A stretch of 64,000 nucleotides of DNA. Source: a virus. The notes under the pieces are model-generated. The model was not told the DNA's origin and did not search any database. It saw only the letters and a list, made by a program, of their open reading frames with translations. The DNA is taken from the IMG/VR virus record IMGVR_UViG_3300046004_001116, positions 1 to 64,000 of that record, one strand, 5' to 3'. How positions within the stretch are numbered: position 1 is the first letter of the stretch; each line of letters opens with the position of its first letter. A program made the position numbers and the translations under genes. Positions 21,129 to 30,993 of the stretch are shown piece after piece.

Positions 21129-23012
21129 ATGAACTTGATTAACGAATCTCAAGTGTTTGAAACTTGGGCTCCAATTCTTGAAGAAAAAACTGGAATCACA
21201 GAATCAAACAAATTAAAGTGGATGTCAACTTACGCACATTACCACTCATTAAATGAAGGATTTTCATATCCTCAAGCATCTTTACTTAATACTCCAGGTA
21301 TGGGTAACGTTGCGCCAGCTTCTACTGTTGCAGGTGGTGCTGCTTCTTTCTACGGTGCAGGTTCTCAAGGGTCTGGTGATAAATTCCCATCTCTTTTACC
21401 TTTAGCAATTCAAGTTGCTGCAAGAACTGTAGGATTTGACATTGTATCAGTTGTACCTATGAACGGACCATCTGGAGTATTAACTTACTTAGATTACGTT
21501 TATGCAGGTGGTAGAGATGTTAAAATGCCAGGTATTCCAAATACTACTGCTAGTAACTTTACAGATAAATTCTCTGTGTTTAAATTAAACACAAGTGGAA
21601 CTACTAATGTAAACGCAACTTTCAAAACTTATCTTGAAACAGCTAATACTGAATCATATGTAGTATTCACTAATGTAGTTCCTGCGGTTGCTCCTAACCA
21701 AGCAAATGCTCTTCTTTGTCAATACGTTGGTAAATCTCGTATCGATGGTTTCCCAATCTTTAGATTAGTTGGAGAATCTTCTAACGTAACTGTTTTAACA
21801 GCTCAAGACTTTACTGCAATTGAAGCTACTACTCAAAGTGTTTCTTACGCTCAAGTACTTGATGGTACAGCTACAGCATATACAACTACTGTAACTAAAG
21901 CTGGTAACACTTACACTACAGGTGCTCTTGCAATCTCTGGTGCTGCTGCAAGTATAACTACATACGCTGAATTAGTTAGAGCTCTTGAAGATCATATCTT
22001 TGGTTTCTCTGGTGCAGGACCACAAGATGCTGATCCTTACCAAGGTGATGGAACTAACGGTTTAACTTCTTACGAACCAATGCGTAGAGGTGTAGGTGAA
22101 ACTACTCAATACAGAACTATGGGTCTTACAGCATTCACGAAATTCGTTGAAGCTGAAACATTCCAAGTTGCTGCTACTGTAACAACTGAGCAAATTCAAG
22201 ATCTTAACCGTCAATACGGTATTGATGTAATCTCTATGATGGAAAATGCATTAGTAAATGAAATCTCTCAATCAATCAACAAACACATCTTATCTAGAGC
22301 GTTTGCATTAGGATGGGAAAATCACGTTACATTCAACAGTGCAGAAGGAGTTAACTTAAACTTATCTCTTGTATCTCAAGTTGGTACTGTAAATGCTCGT
22401 TTCCAAGGTGCTGTTCCAACATCAATTGGTAACTTACAACAACTAGCTTGTCCAGCATTTGCTAACTACGGTGGAACAACTGCTAACTTTGAAAACCAAG
22501 GTACTGTTCAAAGACGTATCCAATCTAAAGTTTTAGCTGCTGCTAACGTAGTTGCTCAAAGAGGTCGTAGAGGACCAGGTAACTTTGTGGTTACTAACCT
22601 TCAAATTGCTACTGCATTACAAGATTCAGCTCAATTCACATTCTACCCATTAGCTAACACAGTAAACCAAAACAATGGTGCTCTTTATCCATTAGGAACT
22701 CTTGCTGGTTTAACTATCTACGTAGACCCTAACATGAAATATGATGATACTCGTATCCTTGTAGGTCGTAAAGGTGCTGATGAAGAGCCAGGTCTTAAAT
22801 TCATGCCTTACTTAATGGCTGAATCAATCCAAACTATTGCTGAAGGAACTATGGCTCCTAAGCTTGCAGTTAAATCTCGTTACGCTCTTGTTGAGGCAGG
22901 TTTCCACCCAGAAACTCAATACTTAACATTACTTGTTAACTTGAAATCTGTTGGTACAGTTTCTACATCACAATACTGGGATTTACTTCCATCTGCTGCT
23001 ACTATTGCATAA
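21129..23012 (+). CDS. Major capsid protein (T4 gp23-like)
   Basis: VVPMNGPSG, TTEQIQDL, EISQSINK, RRGPGNF, FMPY, KSRYAL. Confidence 0.92.
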   Translation: MNLINESQVFETWAPILEEKTGITESNKLKWMSTYAHYHSLNEGFSYPQASLLNTPGMGNVAPASTVAGGAASFYGAGSQGSGDKFPSLLPLAIQVAARTVGFDIVSVVPMNGPSGVLTYLDYVYAGGRDVKMPGIPNTTASNFTDKFSVFKLNTSGTTNVNATFKTYLETANTESYVVFTNVVPAVAPNQANALLCQYVGKSRIDGFPIFRLVGESSNVTVLTAQDFTAIEATTQSVSYAQVLDGTATAYTTTVTKAGNTYTTGALAISGAAASITTYAELVRALEDHIFGFSGAGPQDADPYQGDGTNGLTSYEPMRRGVGETTQYRTMGLTAFTKFVEAETFQVAATVTTEQIQDLNRQYGIDVISMMENALVNEISQSINKHILSRAFALGWENHVTFNSAEGVNLNLSLVSQVGTVNARFQGAVPTSIGNLQQLACPAFANYGGTTANFENQGTVQRRIQSKVLAAANVVAQRGRRGPGNFVVTNLQIATALQDSAQFTFYPLANTVNQNNGALYPLGTLAGLTIYVDPNMKYDDTRILVGRKGADEEPGLKFMPYLMAESIQTIAEGTMAPKLAVKSRYALVEAGFHPETQYLTLLVNLKSVGTVSTSQYWDLLPSAATIA

Positions 23013-23037
23013 TTTTAGTTTAACAGATTAATATCTT

Positions 23038-23065
23038 AAAGAGAGACTTCGGTCTCTCTTTTTTT
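23038..23065 (+). terminator. Intrinsic terminator
   Basis: aaagagagac-ttcg-gtctctcttttttt. Confidence 0.85.
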
Positions 23066-23140
23066 GTCCTTATTTTCTACCACAACTTGTAGTAAAGTAG
23101 AAAGATATATAAAATGGAATAAAAACATAATAAAGATACT

Positions 23141-25513
23141 ATGACTTCATTTAAGAAATTTGTTCATGCTAAGGAAAAGATTACCGAAACTGTCGGTTTT
23201 CCTAAGACTATGAATAAGAACTATATTATACGCAAAGAACTTGAAACTATTAATGAATTTGCTGGAGCTGCTGCTGCAACAAAAGGTGGAGAGATTGATA
23301 GTTTAATGGTTGCCATTGGTGCAGCTGGTGCTTTATTTGCTAAAGCAATGTATAATGGAATAATCTATAAATCTTTAATGGGTGAAATGCCTGGTTACTT
23401 AGAAAAGTATAAGAAATGGAGTGCACCTAGCGCAGATGCTGTGTTTAAAGCTACTACTGGTAAAGCAATAGAAAAACTTAAACAACAAAAAGCAACGTTA
23501 TCAGGAACTGGTGGAGAGCGTGAAGATCGTAGCGGTTCTAAAGAAGAATCAGCAGAAGAAAAGATTACGAAAATGTTTAAAGCTAAAATTGACGCTGCTG
23601 AAGGTGATGCAAAAGACGCAGTTAGACAACAACGTGATGCTGCAATTGAAAAAGTTAAACTTAACATACAAAGTATATCAAAAAAAATTGAAGATCTACA
23701 AAACAAATCAGATGATGTTTTTGCTAAAGGTCAAGAGCAGTTTCGACAAGAGGAAGAAAAATGGACAAAGAAACAAGATGGGTTTGTCGAAGGTGGCGGA
23801 GCGCTTGGTAGTTCATGGAAAACCAAATGGGGTGTTGAATACAGAAATGCTAAAGAAGCAGCTAAATTAGAAGTTCTAGCGCAAGCAAAGAAAATTGCGA
23901 CTGATGCAAAGAATGATAAAGAAGTTGCAGCAATTACTAAAGCAGAAGAACGCGCTAAACAATCTCAAGCTGAAGCTGATAAAAGAATAAAAGAAGTTGA
24001 GGATGATAGTGAAAAAGCAGAACGTGAAATGGCGTCTGCTGGCGAATTTAAAATTCCTCAGTACTTGCAAGCTTTACAATCGTACGACATGGCATGTGCT
24101 ACTGCTTATGGCGAGTGGGATAAAAAATCTCAAGGATTAGACAAAGGCGAAGGCGATGATAAAGAAAGTGCAAATAAAGCTACACAAGCTAAAATTGACA
24201 AGTTAGAAGGTAAGATTACTAAAATAGAAGATATTATTAGTAAACTACGAGATTCTAAAGAAGAAGCTGACATTAAAAAAGTTGAAAAGGGTGATAGAAT
24301 CATAACACAAATTAAAAGTGATATTGATGCTGAAAAAGCAAAACTTGCAGCTGATGAATCTTTTAACGATTTTTACTCAATGCAACTACGTTTAATAGAA
24401 ACTAATGATATGATCAATAACTTGGTAATTGAATTAGGTTTATTTGAAGAAGAAGAATCAAGCTCTATTCCTGGTGACGATCAAGTTCCAAACTTATCTC
24501 AGATTAGAGCTATTATTAAAAAGGTTATTGCTAAAACTCCTGAGGAAGGTCGTCAAAAAGAAGCTGAAAATGGAATTGCTACTTTAACAAAATTAAAGAG
24601 TGCAAAAGAAGATATGAATAAAGCAAGAAACGACATGGCGGCTATATTCAAAGCACAAGCTGAAGAAGAAGATACTTCTAAAAGATTAAAGTTATCTCCT
24701 GAATTACAAAAAGGATTTGGATCTCTTAAAGCTGTTGATGAAACAGACGGTACTAAAACTTTTGATGAATACATAAAAGAGTTTCAAACGGATTATAAAG
24801 TTGATGATGAGGTTGCTAAAGAGGCTAAAGCTAAAGCTGACAAAGAAGCGGCTGAAAAAGCTGCGGCAGCGCAAACAACTCTTAATGCAACCGATAAAGA
24901 TGGTAAGCCCGAAGTTGATGAAGAAGCTGTTAAAGCAACAGAAGGCGAAGTATCAGCCGCTAAAGAAGAATACGACAAGGTAAAAGATGGCGATGATAAA
25001 AAAGCAACTTCTTTGGCAAAGATTAAACATCTTCAAGCGCAACAAAAACTTTCCAAATTAAAAGGTGATGACGCAGAGACTCAAGCAGGATTCCCACAAG
25101 AAATTGAATTGGAAATGAAAAAGATCCAGGATTTAGATAAAACAGCGGCTGCGCCCACTGATAATGATAGTGAAGCGGTTAAAAAACAAAAAGAGTCTAT
25201 TAAGAAAACAATGGATAATTTGGAATCTATGAAACGTGACGGTAAAATTCCACCTGCTTTAATGGAGCCCGGTAAAACAGGTCACAGCCAAACTGATCTT
25301 TTACAAAAACAATTAGATAAACTTAAAGAACTTCAGAATAAAGAAAAACCAACAGAAGAAGTAAAAGATTCTGTTGATCCTGATGATGAACTTGAAGATA
25401 CCGATGATGAACTGGAAAACACTAAGGATGAAACGCCAGATTTAGGAAAACCTAAATCTGCTCCGAAGTTTATGAAGTTTGAGGATTACATTATATCAAA
25501 ACAAAAGAAATAA
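23141..25513 (+). CDS. Large coiled-coil protein, probable internal head protein
   Basis: K/E/A-rich, late promoter, xxE processing-like sites. Confidence 0.7.
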   Translation: MTSFKKFVHAKEKITETVGFPKTMNKNYIIRKELETINEFAGAAAATKGGEIDSLMVAIGAAGALFAKAMYNGIIYKSLMGEMPGYLEKYKKWSAPSADAVFKATTGKAIEKLKQQKATLSGTGGEREDRSGSKEESAEEKITKMFKAKIDAAEGDAKDAVRQQRDAAIEKVKLNIQSISKKIEDLQNKSDDVFAKGQEQFRQEEEKWTKKQDGFVEGGGALGSSWKTKWGVEYRNAKEAAKLEVLAQAKKIATDAKNDKEVAAITKAEERAKQSQAEADKRIKEVEDDSEKAEREMASAGEFKIPQYLQALQSYDMACATAYGEWDKKSQGLDKGEGDDKESANKATQAKIDKLEGKITKIEDIISKLRDSKEEADIKKVEKGDRIITQIKSDIDAEKAKLAADESFNDFYSMQLRLIETNDMINNLVIELGLFEEEESSSIPGDDQVPNLSQIRAIIKKVIAKTPEEGRQKEAENGIATLTKLKSAKEDMNKARNDMAAIFKAQAEEEDTSKRLKLSPELQKGFGSLKAVDETDGTKTFDEYIKEFQTDYKVDDEVAKEAKAKADKEAAEKAAAAQTTLNATDKDGKPEVDEEAVKATEGEVSAAKEEYDKVKDGDDKKATSLAKIKHLQAQQKLSKLKGDDAETQAGFPQEIELEMKKIQDLDKTAAAPTDNDSEAVKKQKESIKKTMDNLESMKRDGKIPPALMEPGKTGHSQTDLLQKQLDKLKELQNKEKPTEEVKDSVDPDDELEDTDDELENTKDETPDLGKPKSAPKFMKFEDYIISKQKK

Positions 25514-25515
25514 GT

Positions 25516-25971
25516 ATGGACTTTAAAATGTTTGAAGAAACCGCTGGTGAAGTAACTACGGTTTACGTAAGAGAACCACAAGGAATGCTAAGAAAATCTG
25601 CAGCTGTAAAAATCTGGGATAAAATTGGCGTTGGTAAATCTGGAGACGGATTTGGTGTCTATGCTATTGCAGATATTGCAGATAATGAGTTAATAGAGGA
25701 ATGCTCGGTTATAGAAATGACCCGAGATGAATTTAATAGCAAGGTATTAATGGATTATATGTTTAAAATTTCCGGTGATCTATATGTACTTGCATTAGGG
25801 AACGGATCTATCTATAACCATAGAAACCAACCAAACGCACGTTGGGAATACGACGGAGAAAAGAAAATACTTAAAATAGTTGCTACTCGTCCTATTGAAA
25901 TGGGTGAAGAACTGTTTATATCATACGGTAGAGATTACTTCAAAACTCGTGAAACAAATATGAAAGCATAA
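25516..25971 (+). CDS. SET-domain protein lysine methyltransferase
   Basis: GFGVYA, YNHRNQPNA, GEELFISYG. Confidence 0.85.
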   Translation: MDFKMFEETAGEVTTVYVREPQGMLRKSAAVKIWDKIGVGKSGDGFGVYAIADIADNELIEECSVIEMTRDEFNSKVLMDYMFKISGDLYVLALGNGSIYNHRNQPNARWEYDGEKKILKIVATRPIEMGEELFISYGRDYFKTRETNMKA

Positions 25972-26270
25972 TGAAAACATTTTTAGAAGCAATTAATGAA
26001 GATAACAAATTTTCATCTTCAGGATTTACATTTAGTATTCGTGGTGTTCAAGATGGTAAAGGTGCTGCTATAGGTTTCATTCCAGATAGCAAAACTGTTG
26101 ATTCTTTTAGTAAAGACGAACAAGCTGCGTTTATTGAAAAATACTTTAATAACATGGAGTTCTTTAGAGACTGCATGATTTGGGATAAAAACCACAATGC
26201 GGCTGGTATAGTTTTTAGGATTAACCCAGACTATTTAGCTGACGCACTTGTAAAAGAATTTAAAAGATAA
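25971..26270 (+). CDS. Hypothetical, putative head protein
   Basis: MKTFLEAINE N-terminus. Confidence 0.6.
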   Translation: MKTFLEAINEDNKFSSSGFTFSIRGVQDGKGAAIGFIPDSKTVDSFSKDEQAAFIEKYFNNMEFFRDCMIWDKNHNAAGIVFRINPDYLADALVKEFKR

Positions 26271-26659
26271 TGAAAACATTTTTTGAAACAACAGCACCGG
26301 TTAAAGAAGTAACTGAGGATACAGTTGAAACACCAACTAATTTCCCTACATTCTCTCAAGTAGTGCATAACGAGGTTGCCGAGGGCTTTACAGGAAAGGA
26401 TGATGTCTCAGCTGCATTTGAGAAACTACATGCTTTACAATTAGAATTACAAAAGTTACAAACTCAAATGTTGGAAACTCGTTCTAAGTTTATGTCTTTT
26501 GCTAAAGAAGCACCACAAAGAAAGGCTATTGCTGCTGATCTTATTGGTTTAAGTAAAAAGAAAAATGATCTTGTGAAAAAGATCTCTGACGCTGAAGTAG
26601 TTGCTCAAAGAGCCCTTGCTTCAGATACTAGTGAATTAGAGGACTTAGATGTGCTATAA
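26270..26659 (+). CDS. Hypothetical coiled-coil protein
   Basis: MKTFFE N-terminus. Confidence 0.6.
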   Translation: MKTFFETTAPVKEVTEDTVETPTNFPTFSQVVHNEVAEGFTGKDDVSAAFEKLHALQLELQKLQTQMLETRSKFMSFAKEAPQRKAIAADLIGLSKKKNDLVKKISDAEVVAQRALASDTSELEDLDVL

Positions 26660-26696
26660 TTCCCAATGATAAATAGAATAACAAATAACAATAAAT

Positions 26697-26882
26697 ATGG
26701 AAACTTACAATTCAATCATTGCCTTAATTGAGGCAGCAAAACCAGATGTTGAAAAATTCTTCGCAGGAGGAAACAAATCTGCAGGAACACGCGTTCGTAA
26801 ACACATGCAAGATCTTAAAGCACTTGCTCAACAGTTAAGAACAGAAGTTCAAGACAACAAAAAAGGTGGAGCTGAAGCTTAA
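26697..26882 (+). CDS. Histone H1-like (Hc1 family) protein
   Basis: EKFFAGGNKSAGTRVRKHMQDLK. Confidence 0.8.
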   Translation: METYNSIIALIEAAKPDVEKFFAGGNKSAGTRVRKHMQDLKALAQQLRTEVQDNKKGGAEA

Positions 26883-26901
26883 TCTAGGACAAACAAGTAA
26901 C

Positions 26902-26935
26902 AAAAAGCAGGGTAGTCAAACATCCTGCTTTTTTT
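26902..26935 (+). terminator. Intrinsic terminator
   Basis: aaaaagcaggg...tcctgcttttttt. Confidence 0.75.
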
Positions 26936-26963
26936 GTGATATATACTAAGAAATTACAATATA

Positions 26964-27395
26964 ATGAAAGTGGAACTCTATATAGAAAAAGAAGAATATG
27001 ATATATTCTACCGCTGGATTAACAGAATTAGCCTTGGCATTTATTCGACGGCACCTGTTAGGTTTTCTCATAGAATAGAGGACATTGGAGACCCTCTAAA
27101 GGTATCTCTAGATTCTCGTGAATATACTCTAATAAAAGATATTCAAACCGATATAGAGGAAATACAGAAAACACACGGTCCAATAGAAATTGATTTTTCT
27201 CCAGTTAACACAGCAACACACCTTTTAGCAATACATGATGTAATTCGCGAAGCTGAAAGAAAAGATTTACTAACTGAAGTGGTTTATTCCGCTTTACAAA
27301 TAGCATTACAAATGCCTGACATAACTCCGACTGAAGCAATGGTTATTGCAGAACACGAGTGGCTGGGTATTCGTGGAGCAGACGATGATCTGTAA
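26964..27395 (+). CDS. Hypothetical protein
   Basis: ORF after GATATATA. Confidence 0.65.
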   Translation: MKVELYIEKEEYDIFYRWINRISLGIYSTAPVRFSHRIEDIGDPLKVSLDSREYTLIKDIQTDIEEIQKTHGPIEIDFSPVNTATHLLAIHDVIREAERKDLLTEVVYSALQIALQMPDITPTEAMVIAEHEWLGIRGADDDL

Positions 27396-27637
27396 CCACT
27401 TAAATTATTCTTTAAAGAACTATTATTCAATTCTGTATAAAAATACTATCTCTTAGTTTGGAAGGTAGAACAGTAAACAACAAAGTAAAGTTGATCTTTC
27501 TATGGATAAGATCCGAGATCCTTTGGAGGTTTCTACCTTGTTTAACAATGCAAAAGAAAAGAAAGGATCGTGAATGTATATTCAGTTCTTCTTTTATTAA
27601 AAGCAAGAGATATGAAAAACAACTATTTCCTAACGGC

Positions 27638-28315
27638 ATGTCAAAACTTAAAACATCAATAGTTTTATTTATAGCTGTACTTGTTGCTTCGGCCATGATG
27701 TCGGTTAACAAGAATAATCTTATAGTAGTAAAACACAAGTATTACAAATCAACATTTGATACTAACTTAAATTATCCAGTGAAAGTAGAATATTGGCTTA
27801 CTCGCAATATGCACTTATGTAATAAACATATTCCTCGTCCTGGAGATTTTAAAGAAGACCCACAAATTGGCAAATCCAATAACCTGGATATATCATATGT
27901 TAAAAGCGGTTACGATCGCGGTCATAACTTTCCAGCATACGATGGTTCTTGTGACCAAACTGGAATGTACGAATCATTCTATTATACAAACATGACACCA
28001 CAAGCACCTGGATTAAACAGAGGCGGTTGGAAATCACTTGAAGAGAACATAAGAAAAGAATCTGAGCTTAACGATAGTATATATGTAGCAACAGGTTCAA
28101 TCCAAGGAATCTCAACAAAAACTGTAGGTGGCAACGGTTGTCCTAAAGTAGCAATTCCAGCATCTTGTTGGAAAGCATATTGGGTAAAACGCACTGGTAA
28201 GAAAGTAGCTTATCTTTTTCCTAATTCTAAAGTTGACGTAAAAGACATTGATAAATACTTAATCAGTGTTAAACAACTCGAAAAAAGCGTTGGAAAACTA
28301 TTTCCAACCAATTAA
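27638..28315 (+). CDS. DNA/RNA non-specific endonuclease with N-terminal signal/TM segment
   Basis: YDRGHNFP, NMTPQ..LNRGGW..LEE; ATG 27638 preferred over upstream TTG. Confidence 0.85.
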   Translation: MSKLKTSIVLFIAVLVASAMMSVNKNNLIVVKHKYYKSTFDTNLNYPVKVEYWLTRNMHLCNKHIPRPGDFKEDPQIGKSNNLDISYVKSGYDRGHNFPAYDGSCDQTGMYESFYYTNMTPQAPGLNRGGWKSLEENIRKESELNDSIYVATGSIQGISTKTVGGNGCPKVAIPASCWKAYWVKRTGKKVAYLFPNSKVDVKDIDKYLISVKQLEKSVGKLFPTN

Positions 28316-28336
28316 TATAATAACTATAAACTTAAT

Positions 28337-28618
28337 ATGAAACATATTCATAACTTTACAGAATTTATTAATGAAGCTACATCTGCTTATACCGAAATGA
28401 TTTTGTCTAAAGACCAAGATTTCGATCAAGTTAAAAAGTTACTTATAACCGATAAGAAAGCAAATCATCTAAATTTTACTCATTGGTCTCATGGTCAACC
28501 TTTAGGTTCAATCCGAGGACATTTAATTACTATGTTCTTCAATAATCCAAAATCCGAAGTTTCCGATTTCATTCAAAGGAATGACATCAAAATAGCAAAT
28601 AAATCCTATTTCGAATAA
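28337..28618 (+). CDS. Putative internal head protein
   Basis: MKHIHNFTEFINEA. Confidence 0.65.
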   Translation: MKHIHNFTEFINEATSAYTEMILSKDQDFDQVKKLLITDKKANHLNFTHWSHGQPLGSIRGHLITMFFNNPKSEVSDFIQRNDIKIANKSYFE

Positions 28619-28635
28619 ATAACTATAAACTCAAT

Positions 28636-29061
28636 ATGAAACACGTACAACAATTTGATGAATTTATTAATGAAGCTGCAAATGCAATAGTTAAACCTAA
28701 TGCAAAACTAAAAAGTGGTACAGGGTTTCCATACGCTTCTTTTTACTTGTCAACTCAAGCATTAGACATAATGATAAATTTTGACGACCCAAAACATATT
28801 GCTGTTATTAAACTGCTAGCCGACCAAGAAAAAGAAATGAAAGACAACGGCTTTTTAAGTAAAAGTTCAATGGATAAAGCAAGAACAGCATATAAAAACG
28901 CACTTGGGACTTATGTAGTGCAGGCAAAGTACGACGGCCCGGATATAACTTTCCGTTTGTCTAGTACGCCAGACGCTAACTTAGATGACGGTAGTAAAAA
29001 GCAATGGTTACCTGGATCAGAGAGCAGCGGCGGTGGAATTACAATGGCAAAGTACATTTAA
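28636..29061 (+). CDS. Putative internal head protein
   Basis: MKHVQQFDEFINEA; 5' region duplicated from the previous gene. Confidence 0.65.
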   Translation: MKHVQQFDEFINEAANAIVKPNAKLKSGTGFPYASFYLSTQALDIMINFDDPKHIAVIKLLADQEKEMKDNGFLSKSSMDKARTAYKNALGTYVVQAKYDGPDITFRLSSTPDANLDDGSKKQWLPGSESSGGGITMAKYI

Positions 29062-29115
29062 AACTTTTCTATTAAAAACAATATTTGCTGGTATAAAAAA
29101 ACAAAATAAGTAATA

Positions 29116-29811
29116 ATGAACAAAACACAATTTACTAATCGTTGGTCAAATATGAATTTGTCCCAACAGGAGTTAGACCGCAAATGGCGTTTACAATTAG
29201 AAGCGCAAGAACAAGAACTTATGATGGCTGAACAAGCTGTTTATTTGGCAAGTATTAATCCTATGAATGCACTGCATGTTGGTGCTTTTGGCGGAGGAAC
29301 TTTAACACCTCCTGAACCACCTGCACCGTCTTCACCATTAACAGTTTTACGGTATGCTACTTCACAAGGTGAAGAAGTTGTGTGGCCTGAAGATTTTCCA
29401 TTAACTTTTACGTTAGATCCAACTTTACCTGATTTTTCTTATACTCTTGATGTATCCTATATCCCACCATCTCAAGTCCCAACTCCTGCTGCTTTAATAG
29501 GTGTTACAATTGGAAATACAGTTACAAGTATTGGTGACCTTGCTTTTACTAATTGTTTTAATTTGGCATCTGTTACATTTGCGCCAATTTCAACAGTTAC
29601 AAGTATTGGTTCTAACGCGTTTTCAACTTGCCCCTCATTAACATCTATTGAAATTCCAGATTCAGTTACAAGTGTGGGTGGTAATGCATTTGCTAGTTCA
29701 GGATTACAAACTGTAACTATATCTTCAGCAACCGCAATTGCTATTGGTATAACATCACCTACTGTTGGGGTTAACTTTTTTGGAGTGACTGTTGATACTA
29801 TTCTTCCTTAA
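29116..29811 (+). CDS. BspA-type LRR_5 protein with QQELDRKWR N-terminal module
   Basis: VTSIGxxAFxxC...IPDSVTSVGGNAF repeats. Confidence 0.75.
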   Translation: MNKTQFTNRWSNMNLSQQELDRKWRLQLEAQEQELMMAEQAVYLASINPMNALHVGAFGGGTLTPPEPPAPSSPLTVLRYATSQGEEVVWPEDFPLTFTLDPTLPDFSYTLDVSYIPPSQVPTPAALIGVTIGNTVTSIGDLAFTNCFNLASVTFAPISTVTSIGSNAFSTCPSLTSIEIPDSVTSVGGNAFASSGLQTVTISSATAIAIGITSPTVGVNFFGVTVDTILP

Positions 29812-29861
29812 TAACGTAAAAGTACATTTAAAACTTTTTTCAACTTTTTTCACTAAATGTA

Positions 29862-29890
29862 AAACTAAGTAAAAAGGCAAGTATATATAA
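29862..29890 (+). promoter_or_regulatory. RAACT-N17-TATATAA promoter driving leader 1
   Basis: Same geometry at 34546, 38315, 43745, 61728. Confidence 0.65.
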
Positions 29891-29919
29891 TAAACAAAAC
29901 AATTAATAAATCAAAAACA

Positions 29920-30021
29920 ATGAAATCTCAAGTAATAAATATGGTCCCTGCGTATATTGCCAATCAGCCGATTGAGCAAAAGGAATCTTATTCTAAATCT
30001 GGAGATATTATATTTGAGTAA
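29920..30021 (+). CDS. Leader peptide of tRNA operon 1 (MKSQVINMVPAYIANQPIEQKESYSKSGDIIFE)
   Basis: A-rich start; contains TCTGGAG (29998-30004) complementary to the terminator arm. Confidence 0.8.
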   Translation: MKSQVINMVPAYIANQPIEQKESYSKSGDIIFE

Positions 30022-30046
30022 ATACACAACTATAACCAACATATCT

Positions 30047-30079
30047 AAGCTCCAGAATTAATTTTCTGGAGCTTTTTTT
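30047..30079 (+). terminator. Attenuator terminator 1
   Basis: aagctccagaa-ttaatt-ttctggagcttttttt. Confidence 0.85.
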
Positions 30080-30091
30080 ATTGCGATTAAT

Positions 30092-30147
30092 TTAACAAAA
30101 CTTTAACATATAGAATTTGCTTGGTATGAAATTATTGGTTAATTTTG
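30092..30147 (+). promoter_or_regulatory. Bacteroidota sigma-A type promoter with TTAACA boxes
   Basis: TTTG 30116, TAATTTTG 30140. Confidence 0.75.
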
Positions 30148-30172
30148 CTCTATAATTAAAAACAACATTATT

Positions 30173-30325
30173 ATGGCAACAATTACAACATACAAGATTA
30201 AAGAAAAGTACAAATCACTTTTAGCTACATATGCTTGGACTAAACTTGATTTAAACGGATCTTATTCTAAAGAAGATTGGAATAAAGCTGGTTTTAAAGA
30301 TTCTGTCTTAGATATTAATTGTTAA
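30173..30325 (+). CDS. Small hypothetical protein (50 aa)
   Basis: ORF MATITTYKIKEKY... behind the promoter. Confidence 0.5.
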   Translation: MATITTYKIKEKYKSLLATYAWTKLDLNGSYSKEDWNKAGFKDSVLDINC

Positions 30326-30690
30326 TAACTTTATGAATAAAAGTTTGCATTAGTCAATTTAATTGGTTAATTTTAACTAACAATAAAAATTTAATTATCA
30401 TGTCTATACAAAATCGAAAGTTAATCAGAAGCATATACGGAATCCACGGTCTAATCAATATTTTAAGTGGGTTTGACGTAAACGGAAATAATTGTTAAAA
30501 TTTCATTTAGCTTCGGCTAAGTATTATTCGTGGTACCAGGCGGGCAGTAGGGGTTACCGAATTAAAACAAACAAGAATGGTGAAATATGGGCTGGCCAGG
30601 CAACATAAAGTAACAACGACGCTCAGCGGTATCAATTCAAAACCTCCTCGTGGTGATACTGGAAACTTGATTCGTCAAGGCTAATTTGAA

Positions 30691-30703
30691 GTTCATTGAC
30701 ATA
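30691..30703 (+). promoter_or_regulatory. boxA-like antitermination signal (second copy 34860-34872)
   Basis: gttcattgacata / attctttgacata just before the first tRNA of each operon. Confidence 0.55.
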
Positions 30704-30715
30704 GTGATAACATTT

Positions 30716-30790
30716 ACGAGATTAGCTCAGTTGGTTCAGAGCAACTCTTTTACACGGAGAAGGTCACAGGTTCGAATCCTGTATCTCGTA
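30716..30790 (+). tRNA. trnV: tRNA-Val(TAC)
   Basis: Cloverleaf, loop TTTACAC. Confidence 0.9.
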
Positions 30791-30993
30791 CTAATGAATT
30801 AAACGGTCTAAGGATTAGGACGCTGGCGTAAGGCACCGGCTGAAACGCCGACCATCGTTGGAGAGATTCTACTCTCTAATTCATAACACACTGCAGTGAT
30901 TGCCGGCCACACGCATCGGTTCTTAACGGGAAATCGTTCTCGTCGTTAGGTGAACAGACCGGACAAATTCCTTAGGTGGTGCTAGGGTCAACT

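Noticed and set aside
30526-30545. T-box-like CGTGGTACC upstream of tRNA operon 1
   Set aside because: No specifier stem or following terminator could be identified; T-boxes are not typical of Bacteroidota.
30640-30650. Anti-Shine-Dalgarno-like ACCTCCT in a hairpin loop
   Set aside because: Seven-base match with no other rRNA similarity.
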